64,000 nucleotides of DNA from Bacteroidetes bacterium MedPE-SWsnd-G2 (GCA_001874335.1 MPDE01000012.1:25263-89262); one strand, 5' to 3'; shown: positions 9,564 to 20,341, counted from the stretch's first letter. Notes: generated by a model not told the origin, from the letters alone. Made by a program: numbers and translations.

Positions 9564-9571
9564 TATATTTG
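9564..9571 (+). promoter_or_regulatory. Candidate -7 box TATATTTG
   Basis: Exact TAnnTTTG match ending 10 nt upstream of the ATG at 9582. Confidence 0.45.
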
Positions 9572-9581
9572 CGGGCTCAAA

Positions 9582-10136
9582 ATGAATGCGATAATGAAGC
9601 TGTTGAAAGATTTTATAATTCCTTTTGTTGGATTAAAAGAAGGAAAGCATGAGTTCACGTATCAGATTGAGAACACGTTCTTTGAACATTTTGAGTATGA
9701 TGATTTTAATAATGTAGCCTTAAAAGGCACATTGGTTTTTGATAAAAAATCTACTTTTTTTGAATTATTTTTTCATGTAGAAGGCATTGTAAATGTTAAT
9801 TGTGACCTGACTACAGAACCATTTGATCTAACAATTAATGATGATTTTAAATTGTTAGTGAAGTTTGGATATGAGTACAATGATGATAATGAAGAGATTT
9901 TAATCATACCGCAAGGCGATTACGAAATAAACGTTGCTCAATATTTTTATGAGCTTGTTATTTTGGCATTACCAGCAAAACGGATCCATCCCGGAATAGA
10001 GGACGGAACGTTACAATCAGACATGCTTGATAAGTTGCAAGAATTAAGTCCGAAGGGCTTAGAAGAAAAAGAAGAAACATCTGAGGAAATAGATCCTCGT
10101 TGGAATACATTAAAAAGACTATTAACGGATAAATAA
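9582..10136 (+). CDS. yceD: YceD/DUF177 family protein
   Basis: Acidic ~180-aa protein immediately upstream of rpmF, which is the conserved yceD-rpmF arrangement. Confidence 0.8.
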   Translation: MNAIMKLLKDFIIPFVGLKEGKHEFTYQIENTFFEHFEYDDFNNVALKGTLVFDKKSTFFELFFHVEGIVNVNCDLTTEPFDLTINDDFKLLVKFGYEYNDDNEEILIIPQGDYEINVAQYFYELVILALPAKRIHPGIEDGTLQSDMLDKLQELSPKGLEEKEETSEEIDPRWNTLKRLLTDK

Positions 10137-10144
10137 CATATAAA

Positions 10145-10348
10145 ATGGCACATCCTAAGAGAAAGATTTCTAAAACTAGAAGAGATAAAAGAAGAACACA
10201 CTATAAGGCTACTGCACCGCAGATTGCTACGTGTCCTACAACAGGAGAAGCACACTTATATCACAGAGCTCACTGGCACGAAGGTAAACTATATTACAGA
10301 GGTCAAGTGCTGATTGATAACTCTGAGAAAGAAGAAAACTTAGCATAG
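10145..10348 (+). CDS. rpmF: 50S ribosomal protein L32
   Basis: [22 protein letters not shown]-terminus. Confidence 0.95.
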   Translation: MAHPKRKISKTRRDKRRTHYKATAPQIATCPTTGEAHLYHRAHWHEGKLYYRGQVLIDNSEKEENLA

Positions 10349-10371
10349 TTTATTATGCATGCATACAATAA

Positions 10372-10398
10372 AACGCTCCTTTGAGGGCGTTTTTTTTA
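10372..10398 (+). terminator. Intrinsic terminator after rpmF
   Basis: Hairpin aacgctc-ctttga-gagggcgtt followed by T8. Confidence 0.7.
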
Positions 10399-10458
10399 TG
10401 ATTAATTTTAGAATCTCTCAAAAACAACTTAATTTGCGCCTTATTAGCCAAAATTCGG

Positions 10459-10466
10459 TAAATTTG
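10459..10466 (+). promoter_or_regulatory. Candidate -7 box TAAATTTG upstream of fabH
   Basis: Exact TAnnTTTG match about 60 nt upstream of the ATG at 10529, downstream of the rpmF terminator. Confidence 0.4.
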
Positions 10467-10528
10467 TGTAAAATTTGCTTCTTTTTGGTTTTTTTTGCCA
10501 ATTATTTGGATTAAACTAATAGAATACT

Positions 10529-11524
10529 ATGGGTAAAATCACAGCAGCAATTTCAGCTGTAGGAGGGTATGTTCCGGAATTTGTATTATCGAATAAGATA
10601 TTAGAAACGATGGTAGATACCAATGATGAATGGATTTATACACGAACGGGTATTAAAGAACGCCGTTTACTTAAGGAAGAAGGAAAAGGAACATCCTACC
10701 TTGCAATTAAGGCCGCTCAAGATTTAATAGAAAAGGGTAATATCGACCCTAAAGAAATAGATTTGGTGTTAGTAGCTACTGCTACTCCAGATATGCCAGT
10801 AGCTTCAACGGCTGTTTACACAGCTACTGAAATTGGCGCGACAAACGCATTTGCTTATGATCTTCAAGCAGCGTGTTCAAGTTTTTTATACGGGATGTCA
10901 ACAGCTTCAAGTTTTATTGAATCTGGACGATATAAAAAGATTCTTTTAATAGGAGCGGATAAAATGTCTTCTATTATTGATTATACCGATAGAACAACTT
11001 GTATTATATTTGGAGATGGTGCAGGTGCTGTGTTGTTTGAGCCAAATGAAGAAGGTTATGGATATCAAGATGAATTTTTAAGAAGTGACGGTGTAGGTCG
11101 AGATTCCTTGAAAATTGATGCAGGAGGATCATTATTGCCACCAAGTATCGATACCGTTACAAATAAACAACATTACGTGTATCAAGACGGACGTACAGTA
11201 TTTAAGTTTGCAGTGTCTAATATGGCAGATGTGTCTGAAAAGATTATGAAACGTAATAACTTGACAAATGATGATGTATCTTGGTTATTGCCGCATCAAG
11301 CAAATAACCGTATTATTGATGCTACAGCCAATAGAATGAATCTGGATGAATCTAAAGTGCTTAAAAACATTCAGAGATATGGTAATACAACATCAGCAAC
11401 ATTACCATTATTATTATACGATTTTGAATCGAAGCTAAAGAAAGGCGACAAATTAGTATTTGCAGCATTTGGAGGCGGATTTACATGGGGAGCGTCCTAT
11501 TTAACATGGGCCTATAACTCCTAA
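10529..11524 (+). CDS. fabH: 3-oxoacyl-ACP synthase III
   Basis: Active-site context AACSSFLYG, HQANNRI and GNTTSATLPL motifs. Confidence 0.95.
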   Translation: MGKITAAISAVGGYVPEFVLSNKILETMVDTNDEWIYTRTGIKERRLLKEEGKGTSYLAIKAAQDLIEKGNIDPKEIDLVLVATATPDMPVASTAVYTATEIGATNAFAYDLQAACSSFLYGMSTASSFIESGRYKKILLIGADKMSSIIDYTDRTTCIIFGDGAGAVLFEPNEEGYGYQDEFLRSDGVGRDSLKIDAGGSLLPPSIDTVTNKQHYVYQDGRTVFKFAVSNMADVSEKIMKRNNLTNDDVSWLLPHQANNRIIDATANRMNLDESKVLKNIQRYGNTTSATLPLLLYDFESKLKKGDKLVFAAFGGGFTWGASYLTWAYNS

Positions 11525-11564
11525 TTAATTTAAACCAACTAACTAATTAATAATATTAAGAATC

Positions 11565-12053
11565 ATGGATATAAAGGAAATTCAAAACCTGATTAAGTTT
11601 GTAGCAAAATCTGGTGCAAGCGAGGTGAAATTGGAAATGGAAGATGTAAAAATCACCATTAAAACAGGTCAAGATGATAAATCTGAGCCAACAACCATTG
11701 TACAGCAAATTCCTATGAACGCCCCAGTTGCTCAAGCACCTGTTGCAGTTCCTGCTCCTGAAGCTCCAGCTGCTCCTGCGGCCACTGCTCCTGCTGCAGA
11801 TGATAATTCAAAATATATTACAATCAAGTCCCCAATAATTGGAACTTTTTATCGCAAACCTTCACCAGACAAACCAATGTTTGTTGAAGTAGGTTCTTCT
11901 ATCAAAGAAGGAGATGTACTTTGTGTGATTGAAGCTATGAAATTATTTAACGAAATCGAATCTGAAGTATCAGGTCGTATCGTTAAAATATTGGTAGACG
12001 ACGCTTCTCCTGTTGAGTTTGATCAACCGTTATTTTTAGTAGATCCGTCATAA
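11565..12053 (+). CDS. accB: Acetyl-CoA carboxylase biotin carboxyl carrier protein
   Basis: Ala/Pro linker and the biotinylation motif [10 protein letters not shown]. Confidence 0.95.
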   Translation: MDIKEIQNLIKFVAKSGASEVKLEMEDVKITIKTGQDDKSEPTTIVQQIPMNAPVAQAPVAVPAPEAPAAPAATAPAADDNSKYITIKSPIIGTFYRKPSPDKPMFVEVGSSIKEGDVLCVIEAMKLFNEIESEVSGRIVKILVDDASPVEFDQPLFLVDPS

Positions 12054-12124
12054 TATAAATCACAATTTTCGATTCCAGATGAGTATCTCATTTGTTTGTT
12101 GAATTTTGAAAATTAGAAGAATTT

Positions 12125-13477
12125 ATGTTTAAAAAAATATTGATTGCCAATAGAGGTGAAATAGCACTACGTGTTATTAGAACCTGTAAAGAAATGGGTA
12201 TAAAAACTGTAGCAGTATATTCTACAGCCGATGCCGAAAGCTTACATGTTAAGTTTGCTGATGAAGCAGTATGTATTGGTCCTGCTCCAAGTACCGATTC
12301 GTATTTAAAAATGTCAAATGTAATTGCGGCTGCCGAAATTACAAATGCTGATGCTATTCACCCTGGATATGGGTTTTTATCAGAAAACGCTAAGTTTTCT
12401 AAAATTTGTGAAGAGCACGATATAAAATTTATTGGAGCTTCTGCTGCTATGATCGACCGTATGGGGGATAAAGCATCTGCAAAAGCAACAATGAAAGCTG
12501 CTGGTGTACCTTGTGTTCCTGGAAGTGATGGTATCATTGAAAGTTTTGAAGCTTGTGAAAAAGTAGCTTTAGAAACTGGATACCCAGTAATGCTTAAAGC
12601 TACTGCCGGTGGTGGTGGTAAAGGGATGCGTGCTGTATGGAAACCAGAAGATTTAAGAGATGCTTGGGATTCTGCTCGATATGAATCTAAAGCTGCTTTT
12701 GGAAACGACGATATGTACATGGAGAAACTTATTGAAGAACCAAGACATATTGAGATTCAGGTAGTTGGTGATTCTTCAGGAAGAGCATGTCATTTGTCTG
12801 AGCGTGATTGTTCTGTGCAAAGACGTCACCAAAAGTTAACAGAAGAGGTGCCATCTCCATTTATGACTCCAGAATTGAGAGAAGAAATGGGAATAGCTGC
12901 TGTAAAAGCTGCCGAATTCATCAAGTATGAAGGTGCTGGTACGGTTGAGTTTTTAGTTGATAAACATAGAAACTTCTACTTTATGGAAATGAATACGCGT
13001 ATTCAGGTTGAGCATCCAATCACTGAGCAAGTAATCGACTTCGATTTAATTAGAGAACAAATAATGGTTGCTGCAGGTGTTCCAATTTCTGGAAAGAACT
13101 ATACACCAAACTTACACTCTATAGAATGTAGAATCAACGCTGAAGATCCGTTTAATGACTTTAGACCTTCTCCAGGACGTATTACTACTTTACATGCTCC
13201 AGGTGGGCACGGAGTAAGATTAGATACTCATGTATATGCTGGATACACCATCCCGCCTAATTATGACTCTATGATCGCCAAGTTAATTACTACTGCGCAA
13301 ACACGTGAAGAAGCAATTAACAAAATGAAGCGTGCTCTTGATGAGTTTGTAATTGAAGGAATTAAAACAACTATTCCTTTCCATAGACAACTTATGGATC
13401 ATCCAGATTATTTAGCAGGTAATTATACTACTAAATTCATGGAAGATTTTGAAATAGAGAACGTTCAAGATAATTAA
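12125..13477 (+). CDS. accC: Acetyl-CoA carboxylase biotin carboxylase subunit
   Basis: [24 protein letters not shown] and [14 protein letters not shown] motifs. Confidence 0.97.
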   Translation: MFKKILIANRGEIALRVIRTCKEMGIKTVAVYSTADAESLHVKFADEAVCIGPAPSTDSYLKMSNVIAAAEITNADAIHPGYGFLSENAKFSKICEEHDIKFIGASAAMIDRMGDKASAKATMKAAGVPCVPGSDGIIESFEACEKVALETGYPVMLKATAGGGGKGMRAVWKPEDLRDAWDSARYESKAAFGNDDMYMEKLIEEPRHIEIQVVGDSSGRACHLSERDCSVQRRHQKLTEEVPSPFMTPELREEMGIAAVKAAEFIKYEGAGTVEFLVDKHRNFYFMEMNTRIQVEHPITEQVIDFDLIREQIMVAAGVPISGKNYTPNLHSIECRINAEDPFNDFRPSPGRITTLHAPGGHGVRLDTHVYAGYTIPPNYDSMIAKLITTAQTREEAINKMKRALDEFVIEGIKTTIPFHRQLMDHPDYLAGNYTTKFMEDFEIENVQDN

Positions 13478-13480
13478 TTT

Positions 13481-13511
13481 AAAGCTCCGATTTATATCGG
13501 AGCTTTTTTTT
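13481..13511 (+). terminator. Intrinsic terminator after accC
   Basis: Hairpin agctccgat-ttat-atcggagct followed by T8. Confidence 0.8.
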
Positions 13512-13586
13512 GAAAAAGACTTTTCTAATGTGTCTTTTGATTAAGAATACCGTTATTTTTATCCTATAGCCAAAAGTAGAAGCCTT

Positions 13587-14699
13587 ATGAATTTATCCTA
13601 TTGGGAAGTGAAAACCTATTTATCTCAAGTTGATTATGCTATTGTTGGTAGTGGTATAGTTGGGCTAAATTGCGCTTTGCGTTTAAGAGCACAACACCCT
13701 AATGCAAAAATTATAATTCTGGAGCGTGGTGTATTTCCTCAGGGTGCAAGTACTAAAAATGCGGGATTTGCTTGCTTTGGAAGTCTAAGTGAGATAGTTG
13801 ATGATTTGAATTCCCACTCCGAAGCAGAAGTTTTTGATCTTGTAAATAGAAGGGTAAAAGGGCTAAACTTGCTTAGAAATACATTAGGGGATAGTGGTAT
13901 TAATTATAAAGGTTTTGGTGGTTACGAGTTGTTTACAGAAGAACATAGAGAAACATATAGCACTTGTTTGGAGCAATTAGACAGAATTAATACGTTATTA
14001 TCTCCAATCTTTAGTGCGCCTGTTTTTAAGGTTGCAACCAATAACTTTGGATTTAAAAATACGGTTGCGCAATTAGTTTATAATGCTTTTGAAGGTCAGA
14101 TTGATACTGGACAAATGATGAATGCTTTGTTGACGTTGGCACGAAAAAATAGTATAGAAATTATAAACACTTGTGAAGTTAAGTCGTTTGAAGATTTTGG
14201 TTCTGGAGTGAGTATTAAAACAACAGCTTTCGACTTTAAGTGTAAAAAACTGTTTATTGCTAATAACGGCTTTGCTTCTCAATTGATAACCGAAAAAGTA
14301 AGACCTGCAAGAGCGCAGGTTTTGATTACTAAACCCATTAAAAATCTAAAAATTAAAGGCACATTTCATTTGGATAAAGGGTACTATTATTTTAGAAATA
14401 TTGATGATAGGGTTTTGTTTGGAGGCGGAAGGAATTTAGATTTTAAGACCGAAGAAACCACAGCCATGACAACAACCGCATTAATTCAAAATAAATTGGA
14501 GCAACTGCTTCAAGAGGTAATTCTTCCAGATACAGCATTTGAAATTGATCGAAGATGGAGTGGGATTATGGGAGTAGGAAGTCAAAAAAAATCTATAGTG
14601 AAGCCTTTAAGTACTAATGTGTATTGTGGTGTTAGGTTAGGTGGTATGGGAGTTGCGATAGGGAGTTTGGTAGGACAAGAATTAGCTGATTTGTTGTAA
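13587..14699 (+). CDS. FAD-dependent oxidoreductase (DAO/glycine-oxidase-like family)
   Basis: N-terminal dinucleotide fold DYAIVGSGIVGLNCAL. Confidence 0.85.
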   Translation: MNLSYWEVKTYLSQVDYAIVGSGIVGLNCALRLRAQHPNAKIIILERGVFPQGASTKNAGFACFGSLSEIVDDLNSHSEAEVFDLVNRRVKGLNLLRNTLGDSGINYKGFGGYELFTEEHRETYSTCLEQLDRINTLLSPIFSAPVFKVATNNFGFKNTVAQLVYNAFEGQIDTGQMMNALLTLARKNSIEIINTCEVKSFEDFGSGVSIKTTAFDFKCKKLFIANNGFASQLITEKVRPARAQVLITKPIKNLKIKGTFHLDKGYYYFRNIDDRVLFGGGRNLDFKTEETTAMTTTALIQNKLEQLLQEVILPDTAFEIDRRWSGIMGVGSQKKSIVKPLSTNVYCGVRLGGMGVAIGSLVGQELADLL

Positions 14700-14700
14700 T

Positions 14701-15147
14701 ATGGAAAAGCAACTATTATTAAACGCCTGTCAATCCTTTATACAAGGTCGCTTAGATGTTTTAAAAAATCTCTTATCAGATATAGAACATTCCTTAACTT
14801 CTGAGACTAAAAGTAGTGCAGGGGATAAGCATGAAACCGGACGGGCGATGCTGCAATTAGAGCGTGAGAAAGCGGGAAACCAATTGGCTCAGTTGCAAAA
14901 AGAAGCCCTTGTTTTACAAAAGATAGACCTGAGTCAATCGTCTGGAAATGTGAGATTAGGAAGTTTTGTAAGAACCTCAAAACTTAATTATTTTATTGCT
15001 ATTAGCGCTGGTGAGATTACAATTAATGGTGAGCAGGCATATGCCATTTCGCCAAACACACCTATTGGAAAATTACTGCTTTCTAAATCGGTGAATGATT
15101 TAGTTGAGTTTAGAAATCAAAAATTTAAGATTATTGAAGTGCTGTAA
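14701..15147 (+). CDS. GreA/GreB C-terminal-domain-like protein with N-terminal coiled coil
   Basis: The C-terminal VRLGSFV...YAISPNTPIGKLLLSKSVNDLVEF matches the GreA C-domain pattern (IS..SPIG..LLGK..GD.V.F). The ATG lies 1 nt after the upstream stop. Confidence 0.6.
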   Translation: MEKQLLLNACQSFIQGRLDVLKNLLSDIEHSLTSETKSSAGDKHETGRAMLQLEREKAGNQLAQLQKEALVLQKIDLSQSSGNVRLGSFVRTSKLNYFIAISAGEITINGEQAYAISPNTPIGKLLLSKSVNDLVEFRNQKFKIIEVL

Positions 15148-16072
15148 GTAGTGAAAATCCAACTTCAACTTCCTTTTCTAATGGAGTATGAGATTCAATA
15201 TAAATTTTACGATTGTCGTATAGCATCTCTACCAAATAATAATTTCCCATATAGTGGTTGTTGGTGACTATCCCTTTAAATTCTGAATTGAAATTCACAC
15301 TTAATTCATGGGCATAAATATACGTTCTGTCGTTACCAAATTCATTATTGTAAAAGGTATTAAACTCCCCAAAAAAAGAGGCGACTAATTTTGAGTTTGG
15401 GTTTTTGTATAAAAATTTAGGCGTGCCACTGTCAATAATTTTACCATTATCAAGAACGATAAGTTGATCTGAATAGGCTAACACATCCTGTTTGTCATGC
15501 GTGGCAACAATACAGCTAATTTTCTTTTGTTTGAGGTAGCTAAAAAGGCTTCGTCTTAAATGTTGCTTTTTAAAATTATCAATATGACTGAAGGGTTCAT
15601 CTAATAAAATAATTTCGGGTTGTTTTGCTATCGCTTGAGCTAATGCTACTCTTTGTTTCTGTCCGCCACTCAGAGTCTTTACCATGGTATTTGCGAATTC
15701 TTCTAATTGAACAACTTCCAAAAGTTCTTTTATTCGAGCTCGCTTTTCATCCATATAAAAATTAGACAGGTATTTGCCTATATTTTCTGAGACCGTAATA
15801 AATGGCATTAAATCAAATTCTTGAGCAACATATTTCATGAAACTTGGCCCAATTATCAAATTGAATTTGGGGCCTAAAATTGGTTCGTTTTTCCAAGAAA
15901 TATGTCCGTTGTGTAAATCGTAAGTACCGTATAGTAATTTTAATAAGGTCGATTTTCCACAACCACTTTCACCAATTATAGATACATGTTCACCAGGTTT
16001 TACTTGGAAGGAAATGTTATCCAACAAAGGAGAGTCGTTGTATTGAAATTGTAGTTGATCAACTATTAGCAT
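15131..16072 (-). CDS. ABC transporter ATP-binding protein with a C-terminal TOBE-like extension
   Basis: Walker A GESGCGKST, signature LSGGQKQR and Walker B ILLDEP, plus ~90 extra C-terminal residues. Confidence 0.9.
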   Translation of the reverse strand: MLIVDQLQFQYNDSPLLDNISFQVKPGEHVSIIGESGCGKSTLLKLLYGTYDLHNGHISWKNEPILGPKFNLIIGPSFMKYVAQEFDLMPFITVSENIGKYLSNFYMDEKRARIKELLEVVQLEEFANTMVKTLSGGQKQRVALAQAIAKQPEIILLDEPFSHIDNFKKQHLRRSLFSYLKQKKISCIVATHDKQDVLAYSDQLIVLDNGKIIDSGTPKFLYKNPNSKLVASFFGEFNTFYNNEFGNDRTYIYAHELSVNFNSEFKGIVTNNHYMGNYYLVEMLYDNRKIYIESHTPLEKEVEVGFSLLTALQ

Positions 16073-16080
16073 ACCAATTT

Positions 16081-18138
16081 TTATTTTGAGTTTGGTAAGG
16101 TTTCGATGCCCATATTGAATAGGGTAAATGCAATTACATCGGCATGTGCTGCAATCAATTTACTAACTGACGTTCCTGCCCCATGACCTGCCTCAGTTTC
16201 TATTCTGATTAATTTTGGACTATTTAAGTTACATTTATTTTGTAGTTCGGCTGCAAATTTAAAACTATGGGCAGGAACCACTCTGTCGTCATGATCACTA
16301 GTGGTAATTAAGGTGGCTGGATAATTTGAGTTCTCTTTTACATTATGAAGCGGAGAATATGCTAACAAATAATCAAACATGGTTTTATCATCCTCAGAAG
16401 TTCCATAATCAAAAGCCCATCCCGCTCCTGCTGTAAAGGTGTGGTATCTAAGCATGTCTAAAACACCAACCGCTGGTAGAGCTACTTTAAACAGCTTTGG
16501 ACATTGTAACATAACCGCTCCAACAAGCAGGCCTCCGTTAGATCCACCTTTGATACAGAGATAATTGGATGACGTGTAGTTTTCTTTACAGAGATATTCG
16601 GCTGCTGCGATAAAATCGTCAAAAACATTTTGTTTGTTGAGTTTTGTTCCGGCAACATGCCACTCTTGACCATATTCTCCTCCTCCTCTTATGTTGGGTA
16701 CGGCGTATACACCTCCTTGTTCCATCCAAACCAAATTAAATAGACTAAATGAGGGCGTTAAACTGATGTTGAATCCACCATAGCCATAAAGTATTGTTTG
16801 GTTTTTCCCGTTTAAGTTTATTCCTTTTTTATAGGTAATAATCATGGGGATTTTGGTCCCGTCTTTGGAGTTGTAAAACACTTGCTTGCTTTCGTATAAC
16901 TCCGAATTAAAAGCAGTTTGTGGTACATTGTACAATTCAGATTCTCCAGACTCTGGGTCTAATTGGTAAATTTTGTTTGGCGTGAAGTAATTGGTAAATG
17001 AGAAATATAAGGTCTCAGAAGGATCTTTGGTTCCTGTAGAAAGGATACTTCCTATCCCTGGTAATTTAATTTCCCTAACTAATTCGCCATTATAATTAAA
17101 CTGTTTTAAGGTTGAAATGGCGTCAATTTTGTATTCTGCAAACAAGTAATTATGCGATGTAAATACACTTAGTTTATGCTCGGTTTCAGGGATGACATCA
17201 ATCCAGTTTTTGGGTTGTGGATTGATGACATTCACTTTCACTACTTTGGAGTTTGGCGCATCTAAGTTGGTAATTAAATAAAGGGAGGAGCCTTTATTGT
17301 CTATAATGTGAGTATCACTTTTGGTGTTGTCAAGAATAGTACAAAATCCGTTTTCTTTATGATCTAAATCTAATAGTAAAAGTTTGTTTCCAGAAGTTGT
17401 TGTTTGAGGAGTAAGACATAAAAACCTATTGTCCTCAGTGACGCTTGCAAATACATAACGATGTTTTTCACCAAGATTGTTTCCATAAATTAACATGTCT
17501 TCGGTTTGGGAGGTGTTGAGTTTATGATAGTACACCTTGTGATGATCGGTCAATTCCGACAGTTCACTACCTTCAGGCTTATCATAACTGGAATAATAAA
17601 AACCTTCGTTTTTATACCAGGAAATTCCGCTAAACTTTATGTTGTTTAAAGGCTCTCCTATTGTTTTTTTAGAAACAACATCAATCACGAAAAGACTGCG
17701 CCAATCACTCCCCCCAATAGAAATGGTATAGGCTAAAAATTGTCCGTTTGTTGAAAACTTAAGATTCCCTAAGGCAGTTGTTCCGTCTTTTGAAAATGTA
17801 TTTGGGTCTAAAAAGAGCTCAGGTTCCGGGTTGTTTTTAGAGAATCTATAAAGAACACTTTGGTTCTGTAAGCCTGTGTTTTTGAAAAAATAAGTGAACT
17901 GCCCTCTTTTAAACGGTGCAGATATTTTCTCGTAATCCCATAAACGAGATAATCTCTTTTTTAGAGAATTTCTGTAGGGTATTTTATTTAAATATTGATT
18001 TGTGTATTCATTTTGAGATTTCACCCATGCCTTAGTTTCTTGACTTAAATCATCCTCAAGCCATCTATATGGATCTGGAATTTTAACTCCAAAATAAGTG
18101 TCTACTACATTACTGTGTTTTGAGAATGGATAATTCAA
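16081..18138 (-). CDS. Prolyl oligopeptidase (S9A family)
   Basis: DPYRWLEDD near the N-terminus and the catalytic GGSNGGLL. It uses a TTG start; there is no in-frame ATG between it and the upstream stop, and no signal peptide. Confidence 0.92.
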   Translation of the reverse strand: MNYPFSKHSNVVDTYFGVKIPDPYRWLEDDLSQETKAWVKSQNEYTNQYLNKIPYRNSLKKRLSRLWDYEKISAPFKRGQFTYFFKNTGLQNQSVLYRFSKNNPEPELFLDPNTFSKDGTTALGNLKFSTNGQFLAYTISIGGSDWRSLFVIDVVSKKTIGEPLNNIKFSGISWYKNEGFYYSSYDKPEGSELSELTDHHKVYYHKLNTSQTEDMLIYGNNLGEKHRYVFASVTEDNRFLCLTPQTTTSGNKLLLLDLDHKENGFCTILDNTKSDTHIIDNKGSSLYLITNLDAPNSKVVKVNVINPQPKNWIDVIPETEHKLSVFTSHNYLFAEYKIDAISTLKQFNYNGELVREIKLPGIGSILSTGTKDPSETLYFSFTNYFTPNKIYQLDPESGESELYNVPQTAFNSELYESKQVFYNSKDGTKIPMIITYKKGINLNGKNQTILYGYGGFNISLTPSFSLFNLVWMEQGGVYAVPNIRGGGEYGQEWHVAGTKLNKQNVFDDFIAAAEYLCKENYTSSNYLCIKGGSNGGLLVGAVMLQCPKLFKVALPAVGVLDMLRYHTFTAGAGWAFDYGTSEDDKTMFDYLLAYSPLHNVKENSNYPATLITTSDHDDRVVPAHSFKFAAELQNKCNLNSPKLIRIETEAGHGAGTSVSKLIAAHADVIAFTLFNMGIETLPNSK

Positions 18139-18180
18139 AGTGTAAAAATTTAGGAGAAAAAAAGTGAAATCAAAGGTATA

Positions 18181-18216
18181 AAAAAAGTCCTTAAGGTGAG
18201 TTAAGGACTTTTTTTA
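18181..18216 (-). terminator. Intrinsic terminator ending the 21451-18233 operon
   Basis: Hairpin agtccttaa-ggtgag-ttaaggact flanked by A6 and T6, so it is bidirectional in form. Confidence 0.8.
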
Positions 18217-18232
18217 TATGAAAGTTAAAAGC

Positions 18233-20326
18233 TTACTTTTTCATAAACTTCTGACTTAAAACTTTATTACCAGAAGTTACTCTTAAAACGTATTGTCCGA
18301 CACTTAAATGAGATACATCAATTTTATTATCACTTAGTCTTGCGTTCATTACACGTCTTCCGTTGATATCAAATACACTAAAGATAGGGTCGTCTAACGA
18401 TTGTAAATCGGTTAAATTTAAATAGTCTTTAGTTGGATTTGGATATAAGATGATATTATCATTTTTAGGATCTGATAAATCTAATGTCGAGAATGTGTTT
18501 TCTTCAACGACTAATACTTCATTAATATTTGGATCTAAAATTACATCCTCAATACCTGAAGGCCAGTATATTTTTATGTAATTAATTTCGGTATCTGCAC
18601 CAATTCCAAAGTGAGTATTTAAAGAATGCATATGTCTAAATCCTTCACCACTGCGTACATCTCTAATTTGTGTTCCTGAAGCTGTGTTTATTTCTACTCT
18701 TGCTCCAATACCATTAATATTACTTAGTCCGTCTTCCTCATGTCCCATTCCTTTAGTAACAATCTTTATCCAGTTGTTATCATTTCCTTGGTTCACGAAA
18801 ATACTACCTTCAAAGAAATCTAAAAACCCGTCATTGTTTAAATCTCCAATTGAACCTACAGAAGGGATAGTCACATTAGTATAAACAGTGAAAGTTAAAT
18901 CTCCATTTCCAAATAAAATAGACCCGTTTGAATAAATATCTAAAATCCCATCGTTGTCAAAATCGCCAGGAACATTTTCATGGCCAATATTAGCTGTGCT
19001 TACTCCTGCATCAACAGTTACATCGGTAAAAGTTTTATCTCCATTGTTTCTCATTATTTTGTGATCATAACCAGTACTTGAACCTACGTAACAGTCCATA
19101 TCTCCATCATTATCATAATCTCCCCAAGCTGCAGACCATGTTTGTATTGGATCAGCTAGGTTTGAAGCAACACCTATTTCTTGATAAACATTGGTGCCAT
19201 CCTCGTTAATATCTCCTAAGTTTTCATAAAGTTGATTGGTTCGTCTTGCGGTACTTCCTCCACATTTAGCCATAAACATGTCTATATCATGATCGTTATC
19301 GAAATCAATCCAAACTGAAGCATAGTTCCCTCCAGAGGTGTAATCTCCTAAACCATTAGTGTTTTCAAAAATTAATGAAGTTCCGTTATTGATATAGGAA
19401 ACACTAGGTGCGACATCGTGGCAAACGAAAGCATCTAACAACCCGTCGTTATTAATGTCCACAAAATTTGAACGTTGAGAGAATACATCTTCAGGACCCG
19501 AAGTTTCAGAAAACGCTGTTCCATCTACATTTGCAGTCATAAATGTTACTCCGTTACCTGCTCCATAAAGTAAGTCATTATATCCGTTGGCATCCCAGTC
19601 TCCGGCAGCCATACTCCAAGATGGTAAAAAATCGGCTGTTGTTGTAGTAATATCAACAGGGTTGAAATTTGGAGTACCATCCAAATCTGGAGCTAATTGG
19701 TAATTAATATTAATTGTTGTCGAGCTAATTGAAACAGGGTCATCTAAATAATCACCGTTCATATCGACTAAACCAGAATCATAATTTCCAGTTGCTGCTA
19801 TTGAGCTTTGTTCAAAAATTACCGGAGCTTCTTCTTCAACAGGAGGTGCGTCGTCTTCTGTTAGACTGAAATCAAAATCACTACTGTCATTCCATTTGTC
19901 GTCCCAAACGATATAATAGGTTTCGTTTTCTTCAGCTAAAAAAGTAGCTACAGACAAATATGAGCTTGAATTTGTTCCTGTAAAATCACCAGAATCATCA
20001 TCACCAGTTACACATTGAAGAGCACCACAAGTTCCTACAAATATGTGTAAACGCGTGTCTTTATCTCCGTTGGTGTCAAGATCAGAACTTACAGTTACTA
20101 AATAATTTTGAGTCGGCTCATACTTGATCCATTCTCCAAAATCTACATTGTTACTGGTAAGTCCACCACAAAATGAAGTTGGCATATCTCCATCGATGGT
20201 CCCTACAGAATATGTGCCTGCGGTAATTGTGGTTTCTGCCGATGCAGCGGTACAGGAGTCATAACTTTGTGCTAATAGCGCGGAGCTACTAAAACAAGCT
20301 AAGGTAAAAAGTAAAAGTTTTTTCAT
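18233..20326 (-). CDS. FG-GAP/VCBS repeat protein with an ASPIC/UnbV-like domain, T9SS-secreted (CRTAC1-like)
   Basis: Signal peptide. Multiple D.N.DG..D repeats (DINNDGLLD, DFDNDHDID, DYDNDGDMD, DFDNDGILD, DLNNDGFLD). RVEINTASGTQIRDV..GEGF block. C-terminal LYPNPTKDYLNL...YVLRV sorting domain. Confidence 0.85.
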   Translation of the reverse strand: MKKLLLFTLACFSSSALLAQSYDSCTAASAETTITAGTYSVGTIDGDMPTSFCGGLTSNNVDFGEWIKYEPTQNYLVTVSSDLDTNGDKDTRLHIFVGTCGALQCVTGDDDSGDFTGTNSSSYLSVATFLAEENETYYIVWDDKWNDSSDFDFSLTEDDAPPVEEEAPVIFEQSSIAATGNYDSGLVDMNGDYLDDPVSISSTTININYQLAPDLDGTPNFNPVDITTTTADFLPSWSMAAGDWDANGYNDLLYGAGNGVTFMTANVDGTAFSETSGPEDVFSQRSNFVDINNDGLLDAFVCHDVAPSVSYINNGTSLIFENTNGLGDYTSGGNYASVWIDFDNDHDIDMFMAKCGGSTARRTNQLYENLGDINEDGTNVYQEIGVASNLADPIQTWSAAWGDYDNDGDMDCYVGSSTGYDHKIMRNNGDKTFTDVTVDAGVSTANIGHENVPGDFDNDGILDIYSNGSILFGNGDLTFTVYTNVTIPSVGSIGDLNNDGFLDFFEGSIFVNQGNDNNWIKIVTKGMGHEEDGLSNINGIGARVEINTASGTQIRDVRSGEGFRHMHSLNTHFGIGADTEINYIKIYWPSGIEDVILDPNINEVLVVEENTFSTLDLSDPKNDNIILYPNPTKDYLNLTDLQSLDDPIFSVFDINGRRVMNARLSDNKIDVSHLSVGQYVLRVTSGNKVLSQKFMKK

Positions 20327-20341
20327 AGCGTTAGATGTTTG

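Noticed and set aside
11715-11804. GC-richer Ala/Pro low-complexity stretch
   Set aside because: This is the normal flexible linker of the biotin carboxyl carrier protein, not a repeat element.
12358-12720. 120-aa minus-strand ORF inside accC
   Set aside because: It is antisense to a very well supported biotin carboxylase frame and has no motif of its own.
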